Below are positions 29,906-41,141 of a stretch of 64,000 nt of DNA, piece after piece. Under the pieces are notes generated by a model that did no database searches, was not told the origin of the DNA, and was given only the letters and a program-made list of their open reading frames with translations. Positions within the stretch are counted from its first letter, which is position 1. Each line of letters opens with the position of its first letter. The stretch spans positions 2,720,001 to 2,784,000 of the forward strand of contig OY820905.2 in NCBI GenBank assembly GCA_963555755.3, written 5' to 3'. The translations under genes and the position numbers were made by a program. The DNA comes from Nitrospirales bacterium. GTDB lineage: Bacteria > Nitrospirota > Nitrospiria > Nitrospirales > UBA8639.

Positions 29906-30390
29906 AAACTGGTCTTTTCGTCGGCTTTATTCTCCTGCTCGTTCCCTTACAAACGACTGTGTTGGGATCGGTTAGCCCGTTTGGCATTCGCCCGGATTTG
30001 TGTCTTATCGCAGCCTGCCTCATTGGGTTTCTCACGGGGCAAGTCCAGGGATTGATCATGGGATTTTTTCTCGGATTTGTTCAAGATCTGTTTTCCGCCA
30101 GTGACTTGTGGCTGAATACCATCACCAAATCTGGCGTGGGATTTTTTGCCGGGTTGATTGCGAGAAATTTAGCGAATGCCGCGTCGCATTCAGCATTTTT
30201 AGTTGTGGCTGTTTTTTCAGTCTTTTCCGGGGTGGTGTTTATGGTGTCGTCAAGAGTTGGCATGGACATCGGGGATGTGTTGTTGGGATTTCCTTCCATC
30301 CTCTTGCCCCAAGCGCTCTTTGATGGGTTGGTGGCTATTGCCGTCTATTGGGTCGCCACTCGTTGGACACCAGAGGCCTCAAGCTTCTAG
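29902..30390 (+). CDS. mreD: Rod shape-determining protein MreD
   Basis: Hydrophobic, RPDLCLI, GF.QDLFS; synteny. Confidence 0.88.
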   Translation: MKTGLFVGFILLLVPLQTTVLGSVSPFGIRPDLCLIAACLIGFLTGQVQGLIMGFFLGFVQDLFSASDLWLNTITKSGVGFFAGLIARNLANAASHSAFLVVAVFSVFSGVVFMVSSRVGMDIGDVLLGFPSILLPQALFDGLVAIAVYWVATRWTPEASSF

Positions 30391-30493
30391 GAGTTGTCGC
30401 TCGCGGCTAGAGAAAAAGATGGTATGAAAACTCTTATAAATACGAGGGACGAATTTGGGCATACCTTTTCAATAGTCCCAAAACGGATTCGAA

Positions 30494-32338
30494 ATGAGTG
30501 ACAGAAAACTTCAAGAAAACGGATTAGCGGAACTCCAACAGCGGTTGGTTCTGCTCAAAATCGGCGTGCTGGTCGTCATCGGCCTTCTCGCATTGCGTTT
30601 ATGGCAATTACAGGTTCGTGATGGTCCGTACTATCGGGAGCTCGCTCAAAATAATCGAACGCGTTCGATCCTGTTACACCCTGCCCGCGGGCTCATTTTC
30701 GACAGAGACGGGAAACTCCTGGCCAATAATGTTCCCAGTTTTAACGTGTATGTCGAGCTCAACGATGTCAATGATCGAGAAGTCCTCATTCAGAAACTCG
30801 TGAAGTACCTGGGTATTGAAGAATCCGAATTGAGCAAAAAGTTTCGAGCAAGAGGGACCCTAACCCGGGTGAAATTAAAGGGGGGATTGACGCTCCGTGA
30901 GGCGGCCTTGATTGAATCTCATCGGTTGGATTTACCAGAAGTCGTGGTTCACCCGGAATTTCAACGGAATAATCCCCAAGGCCCCTATGCTGCGCATGTG
31001 ATTGGATATGTTGGTGAAGTGTCTGAGCAACAACTGTCCCAGGAATATTTTCAAGGACTTCATCCGGGGAGTATCGTGGGGCAATATGGCGTGGAACGGA
31101 AGTATGATCAACTCTTGCGCGGACAAGCCGGCCGTAAATTGATCGAGGTGGATGCTCTGGGGCATGAAAAACGAACAATCTCCGTCGAGAAACCGCAAGC
31201 CGGCCATGACCTCTATCTGACCCTTGATTTTGATCTGCAACAATTAGCAGAAAATTTATTAGGTGAAGAAGCTGGGGCCATCATTGCGTTGGACCCCAAA
31301 ACCGGCGACACGTTGGCAATAGCCAGCCGCCCCAGTTTTGACCCAAATGCCCTTTCAAGAGGATTGAGTTCAAAGAAATGGCAAAACATTCTCCAGGACA
31401 AGCGGCATCCGCTCACTAACCGAGCCATACAAGGACTCTATCCTCCCGGATCGACGTTTAAAATTATTATGGCTGCAGCCGCATTAGAAACCAATGAGGT
31501 GAAAATGTCCGAAACGATTCAATGCCACGGGAGGTTTCGGTTCGGCAGACGAACGTTTCGTGATTGGAAAGCGAGCGGACATGGTACGGTGAATTTACAC
31601 AAAGCCCTCACACAGTCGTGTGATGTGTATTTTTATAAAATGGGTCATCGCTTAGGCATTGATGCCATTGCGACCTACGCCAGCCTGTTTGGGCTGGGCA
31701 AAAAAACGGGGATTGATTTGCCATCGGAGCAACGAGGCATCGTCCCCTCAACCGAATGGAAACAACAGTTTCGGGGAGAACCCTGGTATCCGGGAGAAAC
31801 CATTTCGGTTGCCATTGGGCAGGGATACGTCACCGTAACCCCGATTCAAATGGCACAAGTGATTGCCACCATCGGCAATAATGGGGTGGCCCACCAACCT
31901 CGATTAGTTCGGGGTGTGCGACGCCGCAATACCGGGAAAGTCGAAACTTGGCCAATGGCCAAAGCCGTACCATTAGGCTTGAATCCCGTGTTTGTGGAGG
32001 GCATTCAACGTGCCCTGGCATCTGTCGTCTCAGAGGGAACGGCGCGACGAGCCAATTCCCCACTGGTCACCATTGCCGGGAAAACCGGGACGTCTCAAGT
32101 TGTGGCACTTCGCGCAGACAAAAAAAAAGAAACGCCAAAGCAGTTTCGTGATCATGCCTGGTTTGTCTCGTATGCTCCCTTTGACAATCCCCAAATCGCG
32201 GTGGCCGTCCTGGCCGAGCATGCTGGACATGGTGGTTCTGCCGCCGCACCTCTGGCAAGAAAATTAATCGAAGCCTTTATCAAAAAAACCAGTGAGAAGA
32301 CGCGGCTCGGCCAGAAACGCGAGAGGCCAATTTTGTGA
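30494..32338 (+). CDS. mrdA: Penicillin-binding protein 2
   Basis: RG.IFDRDG, YPPGSTFK (SxxK), SCD, AGKTGTSQ, DHAWF. Confidence 0.95.
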   Translation: MSDRKLQENGLAELQQRLVLLKIGVLVVIGLLALRLWQLQVRDGPYYRELAQNNRTRSILLHPARGLIFDRDGKLLANNVPSFNVYVELNDVNDREVLIQKLVKYLGIEESELSKKFRARGTLTRVKLKGGLTLREAALIESHRLDLPEVVVHPEFQRNNPQGPYAAHVIGYVGEVSEQQLSQEYFQGLHPGSIVGQYGVERKYDQLLRGQAGRKLIEVDALGHEKRTISVEKPQAGHDLYLTLDFDLQQLAENLLGEEAGAIIALDPKTGDTLAIASRPSFDPNALSRGLSSKKWQNILQDKRHPLTNRAIQGLYPPGSTFKIIMAAAALETNEVKMSETIQCHGRFRFGRRTFRDWKASGHGTVNLHKALTQSCDVYFYKMGHRLGIDAIATYASLFGLGKKTGIDLPSEQRGIVPSTEWKQQFRGEPWYPGETISVAIGQGYVTVTPIQMAQVIATIGNNGVAHQPRLVRGVRRRNTGKVETWPMAKAVPLGLNPVFVEGIQRALASVVSEGTARRANSPLVTIAGKTGTSQVVALRADKKKETPKQFRDHAWFVSYAPFDNPQIAVAVLAEHAGHGGSAAAPLARKLIEAFIKKTSEKTRLGQKRERPIL

Positions 32339-32402
32339 TGCGTATCTCCTGAAAGGACGAGATACGAACGACGAGAGACGCTATACTTTCCAAGGGAATT
32401 AC

Positions 32403-33512
32403 GTGACCAGAAGTCGAAGATTCGATGGTGTTGATTGGGGCTTGCTTGGGGTGATTCTATCCCTCTTGGTTATCGGGATTGTCACGATCTATAGCGTGAC
32501 CTCGAATGGCCAGGGTGGCACATTCCCCATCTTTGCCAAGCAGGCTGTGTGGATGGGTGTTGGCGCATTAGCCTTTGTGATCATCGCCAGCATGGATTAC
32601 CATAAGCTGGCCCGATTGTCCTATATTCTCTACGGGTTGGGATTACTCCTACTCGTGATCGTGATGTTTAGCGGCAAAAGCAGTCGAGGCGCTCAACGGT
32701 GGATTGCATTAGGTCCTGTGGCCATCCAGCCATCTGAATTTATTAAAATACCGCTCCTCCTGATGCTGGCCTCATATTATGCGACACAGACACGAAGCGG
32801 GTGGCTCTATCGGGTGATTGTTCCAGGTCTGTTGGCCTTGCCAGGGTTCTTCTTAATTCTCAACCAGCCTGATTTAGGGAGTAGCCTGAGTTTTCTCGCA
32901 ATCTATATTACCCTACTGCTTGCGGTGGGCGTGAAGTCTAAAGCATTTGGCCTGGTCTTGCTTTCCGCACTCATGATGTTTCCTTTTGCCTGGGGCGGGC
33001 TGTGGGGATCGCTCCATGATTATCAGAAAGAACGAATAATAAGTTTTGTTGACCCGGCCTATGATCCGGGCGGGAAAGGTTATCAAGGATTGCAGTCTCG
33101 CATTGCTGTGGGCTCTGGAGAATTCATGGGCAAAGGCCTTTATGGCGGAACCCAAACCCAATTTAAATTTCTCCCGGAGGGCCATACGGATTTTGTGTTT
33201 GCCGTGTTTGCCGAAGAGTGGGGATTTTTAGGTGCGGTCGTGCTCATCATGCTATTTCTGACCTTATTTCTTCTCGGCCTCGACATCGCCTCGAAAGCCA
33301 AGGATATGTTAGGTGCGCTGTTGGCTGTAGGAGTGGTGGGCATGATGGCTTTTAATGTGGTGGTCAATATCGGGATGACCGTTGGCCTTGCGCCCATTGT
33401 TGGAATTCCGCTGCCCTTATTGAGTTATGGGGGCAGCGCCACAATTATGACAATGGCCGCCCTGGGCTTGTTGCTCAGTGTGAAACGGCGCCGAATGACC
33501 TTGATTCAATAA
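32403..33512 (+). CDS. rodA: Rod shape-determining protein RodA (SEDS)
   Basis: GAQRWI, IQPSEFIK, QPDLGS, LPEGHTDFVF, LSYGGS; GTG start 32403 inferred. Confidence 0.95.
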   Translation: MTRSRRFDGVDWGLLGVILSLLVIGIVTIYSVTSNGQGGTFPIFAKQAVWMGVGALAFVIIASMDYHKLARLSYILYGLGLLLLVIVMFSGKSSRGAQRWIALGPVAIQPSEFIKIPLLLMLASYYATQTRSGWLYRVIVPGLLALPGFFLILNQPDLGSSLSFLAIYITLLLAVGVKSKAFGLVLLSALMMFPFAWGGLWGSLHDYQKERIISFVDPAYDPGGKGYQGLQSRIAVGSGEFMGKGLYGGTQTQFKFLPEGHTDFVFAVFAEEWGFLGAVVLIMLFLTLFLLGLDIASKAKDMLGALLAVGVVGMMAFNVVVNIGMTVGLAPIVGIPLPLLSYGGSATIMTMAALGLLLSVKRRRMTLIQ

Positions 33513-33653
33513 TCTCAACTGATTTCTGAGTCGTTCAGGAACGAATGCATGCAACGATGAGGTCTTCAATCAACACCTCATCTACCGGTCACACCATTAC
33601 GGTTCAGCCGATCTGCTCGTTGCCATGACGCACTCAAAATTTAAGGAGTTACC

Positions 33654-35174
33654 ATGGGTGTAGAAATAGCCATTAATGTCACCCCGCAAGAGACGAGGGT
33701 GGCGGTATTAGAAAACAAAGTGGTCACGGAGTTGTATGTGGACCGGGCCAAAAAAAAGGATTTTGTCGGAGATGTGTATAAAGGAAAAGTCGTCAAAGTA
33801 TTGCCCGGAATGCAAGCAGCGTTCATCGATATCGGGTTAGACAAGGCCGCCTTTGTGCATGTCTCGGACCTCTCCGTTGGCACCGAACCTGGAGATATCC
33901 TGGTCGATAGCGATGAAGACGACAAAGGCCCTGAGCTTCCTCGTCCCCGACGACAAAACATTCGCCCCATTGAAGAGTTGCTCAGTGAGGGGCAAGAACT
34001 CACGGTCCAAATATCGAAAGGCCCGATTGGGACGAAGGGACCACGCGTCACATCCTACTGTTCGTTGCCCGGACGTTTTTTGGTGCTGATGCCTAATGTG
34101 GACCATGTTGGCATTTCACGACGCATTGCCAAGGACGAAGAGCGCGGGCGCTTGAAGGAGATCATGCGACGGAACCGGGAACCCGGCTTCGGCTATATCG
34201 TTCGAACCGTGAGCGAGGGCGTGAGTGAAGATGATCTGCGATCCGACGTGAATTTTCTGACCGCTCTATGGAAGGACATTTTGAAAAAACAGGAACACTC
34301 TCCTGCTCCGGCTCCCTTGCATACGGATCTCAGCCTGACCCTTCGGGTGGTCCGGGACTTATTCACCAAAAAGGTTGATCGGCTCGTGATCGATTCCAAA
34401 GAAGAATGCGCTGCAGTTCGGGAGTTTGTCAAACGCTATCTTCCGGAACAGACGTCCCGGATTTACCATTACGATAAAGAGGAAGGCTTATTCGACCATC
34501 TCGGGGTTGAGATGGAAATTTCTCGTGCATTGAGCCGGAAGGTGTGGCTGAAATCAGGTGGACATATTGTGATTGACCATACCGAAGCCATGACCGTGGT
34601 AGACGTGAATACCGGTCGATTTGTCGGAAAACGGGACCAAGAAGAAACGATTCTGAAAACCAATCTGGAAGCCGCGCGAGAAGTGGCCTATCAGATCAAG
34701 CTTCGAGGAATTGGTGGTATCATCACTATCGATTTCATTGATATGGAACGCGAACGTAATCGCGAGAAGGTGTACCATGCCATGGTCGATGCCATGGCCA
34801 ATGACAAAGCCCGAACGAGGATTTCACGCATTACGGATTTGGGACTCATTGAGATTTCTCGTGAGCGTGTGCGCGAGGATATCTTGCGGACCTTATCGGA
34901 TCTGTGTTCCGATTGTGATGGTCGCGGATATACCAAATCAGCCACCACCGTAGTGTATGACATTTTTCGCGACCTTCGTCGTATTGGCAGAGGACCTGGC
35001 CAACAGAAAATCATGGTTGGGGCGAACCCCATTGTCGTGGACATGCTTCGAGACACCGAGCATGAGGGGCTTGAACAACTGGAACGTCAAAGCCATCATC
35101 ATATCATGGTCCAAGCTGACCCCCTCCTGCACCTCGAACAATATGATATTGTGGTTATGGGCGGGTGGTCATGA
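33654..35174 (+). CDS. rng: Ribonuclease G (Rne/Rng family)
   Basis: S1 domain VLPGMQAAFIDIG, TEAMTVVDVNTG, GGIITIDFIDM. Confidence 0.94.
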   Translation: MGVEIAINVTPQETRVAVLENKVVTELYVDRAKKKDFVGDVYKGKVVKVLPGMQAAFIDIGLDKAAFVHVSDLSVGTEPGDILVDSDEDDKGPELPRPRRQNIRPIEELLSEGQELTVQISKGPIGTKGPRVTSYCSLPGRFLVLMPNVDHVGISRRIAKDEERGRLKEIMRRNREPGFGYIVRTVSEGVSEDDLRSDVNFLTALWKDILKKQEHSPAPAPLHTDLSLTLRVVRDLFTKKVDRLVIDSKEECAAVREFVKRYLPEQTSRIYHYDKEEGLFDHLGVEMEISRALSRKVWLKSGGHIVIDHTEAMTVVDVNTGRFVGKRDQEETILKTNLEAAREVAYQIKLRGIGGIITIDFIDMERERNREKVYHAMVDAMANDKARTRISRITDLGLIEISRERVREDILRTLSDLCSDCDGRGYTKSATTVVYDIFRDLRRIGRGPGQQKIMVGANPIVVDMLRDTEHEGLEQLERQSHHHIMVQADPLLHLEQYDIVVMGGWS

Positions 35175-35202
35175 GTGGGATAAATTCGACTATCGTGGAA
35201 TA

Positions 35203-35358
35203 CATCCGAAACTCGAATATCGAAATCCTAAACACATTTACATGATCAAAAGGTAAAGAACCAAAACGATTCTTTCTATTGGTCGGCATGACCCTTTGAA
35301 GCATTCGAGTTTTGTATTTAAGATTTGTTTCGGATTTCGATATTCGAATTTCAGATTT
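35203..35358. repeat. Inverted heptamer array (CGAAATC type)
   Basis: atccgaaactcgaatatcgaaatcctaaac ... gtttcggatttcgatattcgaatttcagattt. Confidence 0.8.
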
Positions 35359-35360
35359 AA

Positions 35361-35501
35361 GGGCACCTCTAAAAACCAGGCATTTTTTGTGAGGGCAAGG
35401 AAGCCGCGCGCGGAAAACCGGAGTGTATGGGCGAATACATGAGGATTTGAGCACGCGGCTGACGCCGCCATCACGGAAAAGGACGGTTTTTAGAGGTGCC
35501 C
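35361..35501 (+). mobile_element. MITE family C, copy 2
   Basis: TIRs gggcacctctaaaaa; TSD TTAA. Confidence 0.9.
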
Positions 35502-35534
35502 TTAAGGTACGAATTTGCCAGAATAGGACCGTCA

Positions 35535-36653
35535 GTGGAATCTCTCGAACCGTGGCTTCTGTTACGAGCAGTCAACGGTTTGAGCGATGGAACCCTCACG
35601 AGACTCGTTCGCGAATTCGGTTCCCCTCAGGCCGTCACGGTCGCTTCCATGCCAGAGCTGCAGAACCGAGGGGGCATCAGTCGTAATGTGGCGACGGCCA
35701 TTCATCATGGCCCCAATCCTCAAGCCCGGGCAAATGCTGAGAACGAGGCCTGTCGCATTGCACAGCAGGGGGTCTGTGTTCTCACCGTACTCGATCCGTT
35801 CTACCCCCAGAAACTTTCAAGAATTGCCGATCCGCCGCCCCTTCTCTATTTGAGCGGGGCATTCGCCCCGAGTGATGATCGGGCCATTGCTATTGTTGGA
35901 GCGCGTAAAGCTACACCAACCGGGATGGCCTTTACAGAAGAGTTGAGCCATACACTTGCCACGCTAGGTTTTACTATCGTGAGCGGGCTGGCCAGAGGCA
36001 TCGATGCCGCAGCGCATCGTGGAGCCCTCAAGGCTAATGGGCGAACCGTGGCAGTATTGGGGTGTGGCATTGACACCACCTACCCTCCTGAACATCGAAA
36101 ACTTCGAGAAGCCATCGAAACCCAAGGTGCCGTAGTATCCGAATTTCCATTAGGAACGCCCCCACGGCCATTTAATTTTCCCCGACGGAATCGTATCATC
36201 AGCGGATTGTCCTTTGGCGTGGTTGTCACACAAGCCAGTCGTAAAAGCGGATCGCTCATTACCGCGCGCTTTGCGCTTGAGCAGAATCGTGAGGTGTTTG
36301 CCGTACCGGGATCCGTCAAAGAAGGCAACCATAAAGGGCCACATGGGCTCATCCAACAAGGGGCCAAACTCGTTGAAAACGTGGGAGATATCATTGAGGA
36401 GCTGCTCCCCCAACTTGACGAATCGTTTCAGAATGAAGTAAAGAATGCGGCTTCCGGACCGGTTCCAGCACCACCGGACCTCAGTACGCAGGAAAAGGAA
36501 ATATTTGACTTAGTCACGGACAGTCCCATTTCGGTCGATGAAGTCTTAGCTCAAGCTCGTTATTTTCCTGCCGAGGTAATGGGTATCTTGCTGGCCCTCG
36601 AGCTAAAAGGAGTGGTAAAGCCAGCACCAGGTTCTTGTTATATTCGATTATAG
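35535..36653 (+). CDS. dprA: DNA-processing protein DprA
   Basis: AIVGAR, IVSGLARGIDAAAH, FPRRNRIISGLS, SGSLITA; GTG start inferred because the longer ORF begins inside a MITE. Confidence 0.95.
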   Translation: MESLEPWLLLRAVNGLSDGTLTRLVREFGSPQAVTVASMPELQNRGGISRNVATAIHHGPNPQARANAENEACRIAQQGVCVLTVLDPFYPQKLSRIADPPPLLYLSGAFAPSDDRAIAIVGARKATPTGMAFTEELSHTLATLGFTIVSGLARGIDAAAHRGALKANGRTVAVLGCGIDTTYPPEHRKLREAIETQGAVVSEFPLGTPPRPFNFPRRNRIISGLSFGVVVTQASRKSGSLITARFALEQNREVFAVPGSVKEGNHKGPHGLIQQGAKLVENVGDIIEELLPQLDESFQNEVKNAASGPVPAPPDLSTQEKEIFDLVTDSPISVDEVLAQARYFPAEVMGILLALELKGVVKPAPGSCYIRL

Positions 36654-36723
36654 GCGTGACTGAAGAACGGGAGTTCAGGATAGCAGCGGGTCCCAACATC
36701 CGAGAAACAAGGAACAACTGATT

Positions 36724-39021
36724 GTGGCGAAATCGTTAATTATTGTGGAGTCTCCGGCCAAGGCCCGAACCATTTCGAAGTATTTAGGTCGCGGGTATCA
36801 GGTGCTAGCCTCTGTGGGACATGTCAAGGATTTACCCAAGAACAAGTTGGGGATAGATGTCGAAAATAACTTCCAACCGCAATATGTCGTCATCCGAGGA
36901 AAAAGTAAAACTCTCACAGAGATCAAAGCGCAAGCGAAGAAGGCGGATAAAGTGTTCCTGGCACCAGACCCCGACCGAGAAGGTGAAGCCATTGCCTGGC
37001 ACATTGCCGAAGAACTGAATGGCCAATCCAACAAGGTGTACCGAGTCCTCTTTAACGAAATCACCGAGAGCGCGATCAAGCGAGCACTGGAATCTCCCGG
37101 CACCATCAACATGAATAAGGTGAATGCGCAACAAGCGCGCCGGGTGCTGGATCGTATTGTCGGATATATGTTGAGCCCCTTACTCTGGAAGAAAGTTCGG
37201 CGTGGGCTGAGTGCCGGTCGAGTGCAATCCGTGGCCGTACGGATCATCTGTGAACGGGAAGCGGAGCGTGATGCGTTTGAAACTGTTGAGTATTGGACCA
37301 TAACCGCAAACCTGCAAGGGCAAAAACCGCCCATGTTTGAGGCGCGATTGCAGGAGTTCCAAGGCACGTCGATTGAGATTCATACGCAAGAAGAAGCCGA
37401 TCGGGCGTTGCAGGCGATTCAACAATCCAGTTTTTCCGTTTCTGCTGTTGAAAAAACAGAAAAGCGTCGAAACCCTCAACCACCGTTTATCACCAGTCGT
37501 CTTCAGCAGGAAGCCTCCAGAAAACTGCGCTTCACCGCGAAGAAGACCATGATGCTGGCTCAGCGTCTGTATGAAGGGATTGAGATTGGGAAAGAAGGTC
37601 CGGTCGGGTTGATCACCTATATGAGGACTGATTCGACACGGATTTCCAATGAGGCGCAAGCCGAAGCCGCGGAAGTCATTCGAGCACGGTTCGGTGACCA
37701 GTATCTCCCAGCAAAGCCTAACGTGTATAAAGCACCCAAGGCCGCGCAGGAAGCTCACGAAGCCATTCGCCCCACTTCCGCCCAACGCGACCCTGAAGCC
37801 GTAAAACAATTTTTGGAAAATGACCTATATAAGCTGTACAAACTGATTTGGAACCGCTTGCTAGCATCTCAAATGTCCAAGGGTTTTGATGAAGCCACCA
37901 AAGTAGACATCCAGGCTGGCGAGTATCTTTTCCGAGCAACCGGGACGGTAGAAAAATTCGATGGGTTTCGCCGAGTCTATGTCGAAGGGACCGACACAAC
38001 AGAGTCGGAGCAGGGCACACCAGGACGTCAAGTAGCGACTGATGACGAAGAGGGCAAACGATTGCCGGAATTGTCTGTGGGTGAATCTCTCACGGTAGTG
38101 GATGGCGAAGGATTGGGCATTCTCCCCAAACAACATTTTACGCAACCATCCCCACGGTATAACGAGCCCTTGTTGATTCGCGAACTCGAAGATAAGGGAA
38201 TTGGTCGCCCATCCACCTACGCCGCGATAATATCCACCATCCAAGATCGTCAATATGTCGAAAAGGACGAGGGCCGGTTTAAGCCGACGGAATTAGGCCT
38301 GACGGTGAATGACCGATTGGTGACGTATTTTCCGCGGATCTTTGATGTGGCGTTTACTGCACAAATGGAGTCCGAGCTGGATGATATCGAAGCAGGCGAC
38401 AAGAACTGGGTCACGACGGTTTCTGAATTCTACACCCCGTTTTCCAAGGACCTTGGAAACGCCGAAGTCAACATGGAGGACCTCAAGGGGAAGGAAGAGC
38501 CCACGGATATTGTGTGCGATAAATGTGGGCAAAACATGGTCATTAAATGGGGACGCCACGGTCACTTTTTGGCCTGTCCCGGATATCCGACCTGCAAAAA
38601 TACCAAGCCGTTTACGAAAGACGAATCAGGAACCATTACGGTTATTGAAAAGCCCGTAGAGAGTACTGGAGAAGTGTGTGAGAAATGTGGAAATCCGATG
38701 GTGCTCAAACAGGGACGATTCGGAGAATTCCTGGCATGCTCCAATTACCCCGATTGTAAAACAACCAAACCGTTATCCCTTGGAGTGAAGTGTGCAGCAG
38801 ATGGGTGCAACGGCGATTTGGTGCAACGCCGAACGAAAAAAAACCGCGTGTTTTATTCCTGCAGCCAGTACCCAAAATGTTCCTTTGCCATTTGGAGCAA
38901 GCCGGTCAATCGCGCCTGTCCACAATGTCAAACCCCATTTCTTATCGAGAAATTTAGCAAGCAGGCTGGAAAAAGTATTCAATGCCACCAGGAGAGCTGC
39001 GATTATCAAGAAGCGGGGTAG
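36724..39021 (+). CDS. topA: DNA topoisomerase I
   Basis: IVESPAKA, DPDREGEAI, SAGRVQS, ITYMRTDS, C-terminal zinc ribbons. Confidence 0.97.
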   Translation: MAKSLIIVESPAKARTISKYLGRGYQVLASVGHVKDLPKNKLGIDVENNFQPQYVVIRGKSKTLTEIKAQAKKADKVFLAPDPDREGEAIAWHIAEELNGQSNKVYRVLFNEITESAIKRALESPGTINMNKVNAQQARRVLDRIVGYMLSPLLWKKVRRGLSAGRVQSVAVRIICEREAERDAFETVEYWTITANLQGQKPPMFEARLQEFQGTSIEIHTQEEADRALQAIQQSSFSVSAVEKTEKRRNPQPPFITSRLQQEASRKLRFTAKKTMMLAQRLYEGIEIGKEGPVGLITYMRTDSTRISNEAQAEAAEVIRARFGDQYLPAKPNVYKAPKAAQEAHEAIRPTSAQRDPEAVKQFLENDLYKLYKLIWNRLLASQMSKGFDEATKVDIQAGEYLFRATGTVEKFDGFRRVYVEGTDTTESEQGTPGRQVATDDEEGKRLPELSVGESLTVVDGEGLGILPKQHFTQPSPRYNEPLLIRELEDKGIGRPSTYAAIISTIQDRQYVEKDEGRFKPTELGLTVNDRLVTYFPRIFDVAFTAQMESELDDIEAGDKNWVTTVSEFYTPFSKDLGNAEVNMEDLKGKEEPTDIVCDKCGQNMVIKWGRHGHFLACPGYPTCKNTKPFTKDESGTITVIEKPVESTGEVCEKCGNPMVLKQGRFGEFLACSNYPDCKTTKPLSLGVKCAADGCNGDLVQRRTKKNRVFYSCSQYPKCSFAIWSKPVNRACPQCQTPFLIEKFSKQAGKSIQCHQESCDYQEAG

Positions 39022-39034
39022 GACTGCGGGGAGT

Positions 39035-39113
39035 GAAGAACGTGATGCGTAATGCGTGAAGCGAAAAAACCGTATTTTTTAACGCATTACGGATAACGCA
39101 TCACCCATCACGA
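39035..39113. repeat. Inverted heptamer hairpin (GTGAAGC/GCATCAC type) between convergent topA and clpX
   Basis: cgtgatgcgtaatgcgtgaagcg ... cgcattacggataacgcatcac; relatives at about 10047, 14729-14862, 32336-32380, 44347-44433, 45224-45305, 48311-48392. Confidence 0.75.
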
Positions 39114-39117
39114 TTCT

Positions 39118-40377
39118 TTAAGAGCCCACAGCCGGTTTCATGGCTGTTGGTTGTTCGAATATTTTCAGGGCTTCGCTCTTCTTCAGAATCACATCTTCCG
39201 TAATGAGCACTTCTCTGATTTCACTCTGAGAGGGAATTTCGTACATGATATCGAGCATGACTTCTTCGAGTATGGCGCGAAGGCCACGAGCTCCTGTTTT
39301 TTGAGCATGGGCCTTACGGGCAATCGCAACAAGCGCCCCATCAGTAAACTTCAGTTTGACTTTGTCGAAAGAGAGCAATTTTTGGTACTGCTTCGATAAG
39401 GCATTTCGTGGTTCTGTTAAAATCTGTACCAGAGCTTTCTCATCAAGTTCATTCAGAGTCGTCACCACGGGCAATCGTCCGATAAACTCCGGAATCAGCC
39501 CATATTGAAGGAAATCTTCTGGTTGGACGTGGGCCAACAATGACCCCGATCTTTCCTTCCGCGTCTTTTTACCATCAGACCGGAAACCCATCCGCTTCTG
39601 ATTCAAGCGACGCTCAATGATATCTTCCAATCCAACAAAGGCTCCACCGCAAATCACTAAAATATTCTTCGTATCAACTTGAATGAATTCTTGATGAGGA
39701 TGCTTGCGCCCACCCTGAGGCGGCACATTGGCCACGGTTCCCTCAATCAATTTCAATAACGCCTGCTGGACGCCTTCTCCGGATACATCCCGCGTAATCG
39801 AGGGGCTATCGGACTTCCGGGTAATCTTGTCGATTTCATCGATATAGATAATCCCACGCTCTGCCCGCTCAACCTCATAATCAGCAGCTTGTAACAATTT
39901 CAAGATAATGTTTTCGACATCTTCACCGACATATCCAGCTTCGGTGAGAGTGGTGGCATCAGCCAGTGTAAATGGCACGTCTAAATAATCGGCCAACGTT
40001 TGGGCAAGGAGTGTCTTGCCGGTTCCCGTCGGCCCGACCATAAGGATGTTTCCCTTTTGGAGCTCAACATCTCCGGTATCAGTCGCGGCAATTCGCTTGT
40101 AGTGGTTGTGAACAGCGACGGAGAGAATTTTTTTTGCACGATCCTGCCCAATGATATATTGATCGAGGTGGCGATTAATCTCGACAGGCTTCCGAAGTTT
40201 TGACGAAATCTCTTCCTTGGTCTCTTGCCACTCCTCGGCCATAATCTCATTGCACAACCCCACACATTCGTCACAAATATAGACGGTGGGGCCCGCAATG
40301 AGCTTCCGGACCTGATCGCGGTTTTTCCCGCAAAAAGAGCACCGAAGGTTCGCCTCGGTTTTGACTTGTTTGGCCAT
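39118..40377 (-). CDS. clpX: ATP-dependent Clp protease ATPase ClpX
   Basis: CSFCGK zinc finger, [29 protein letters not shown]. Confidence 0.97.
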   Translation of the reverse strand: MAKQVKTEANLRCSFCGKNRDQVRKLIAGPTVYICDECVGLCNEIMAEEWQETKEEISSKLRKPVEINRHLDQYIIGQDRAKKILSVAVHNHYKRIAATDTGDVELQKGNILMVGPTGTGKTLLAQTLADYLDVPFTLADATTLTEAGYVGEDVENIILKLLQAADYEVERAERGIIYIDEIDKITRKSDSPSITRDVSGEGVQQALLKLIEGTVANVPPQGGRKHPHQEFIQVDTKNILVICGGAFVGLEDIIERRLNQKRMGFRSDGKKTRKERSGSLLAHVQPEDFLQYGLIPEFIGRLPVVTTLNELDEKALVQILTEPRNALSKQYQKLLSFDKVKLKFTDGALVAIARKAHAQKTGARGLRAILEEVMLDIMYEIPSQSEIREVLITEDVILKKSEALKIFEQPTAMKPAVGS

Positions 40378-40410
40378 ACGTCCCTTAAGACTTTCTCCTA
40401 AGACATGGCG

Positions 40411-41025
40411 TCACGACGACTTTCCGTTCGTCGCTTTATCCTTTTCTGGCACTCGAATAATCACTTCGTCAATCAGCCCATATTCTTTGGCCTCATCAGC
40501 AGACATAAAATAATCCCGTTCCGTATCCTGGGCAATTTTTTCTAAGGGCTGACCGGTGTGGTGAGATAAAATCTGGTTCAGCCGTTCACGGATTTTTAAA
40601 ATTTCCCTGGCATGAATATCAATTTCGGTGGCCTGGCCTTGGAAGCCCCCCATCGGTTGATGAATCATCACACGGGCATTCGGGAGAGCATACCGTTTAC
40701 CCTTCGTTCCCCCGCTAAGCAGAAAGGCTCCCATGCTGGCGGCCTGTCCCATGCAAATAGTGGTAATCGGAGGTTTGACATATTGCATGGTATCATAAAT
40801 TCCAAGCCCTGCCGTCACGCTCCCACCAGGGGTATTGATATAGAGATTAATGTCTTTTTCAGGATCTTCCGCTTCTAAAAACAGCAACTGAGCAATGATG
40901 AGGTTCGAAAAGACATCGTCAATCGGAGTCCCAAGGAAGATAATCCGATCTTTCAACAGGCGGGAGTAAATATCATAGGCCCGCTCACCGCGGTTCGTCG
41001 TTTCAATGACCATTGGAACTAACAT
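40411..41025 (-). CDS. clpP: ATP-dependent Clp protease proteolytic subunit
   Basis: [29 protein letters not shown]. Confidence 0.97.
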   Translation of the reverse strand: MLVPMVIETTNRGERAYDIYSRLLKDRIIFLGTPIDDVFSNLIIAQLLFLEAEDPEKDINLYINTPGGSVTAGLGIYDTMQYVKPPITTICMGQAASMGAFLLSGGTKGKRYALPNARVMIHQPMGGFQGQATEIDIHAREILKIRERLNQILSHHTGQPLEKIAQDTERDYFMSADEAKEYGLIDEVIIRVPEKDKATNGKSS

Positions 41026-41141
41026 ACAGATCTGCCCTTTCTTTTCGGTATAGAATTCAGATTGTCGGTGTACCAGGGCCCCACAGACAAGAAGGAACCT
41101 TCAGAACGGTACTCGATGCCTCGACCCAATTTCTCCAAAGC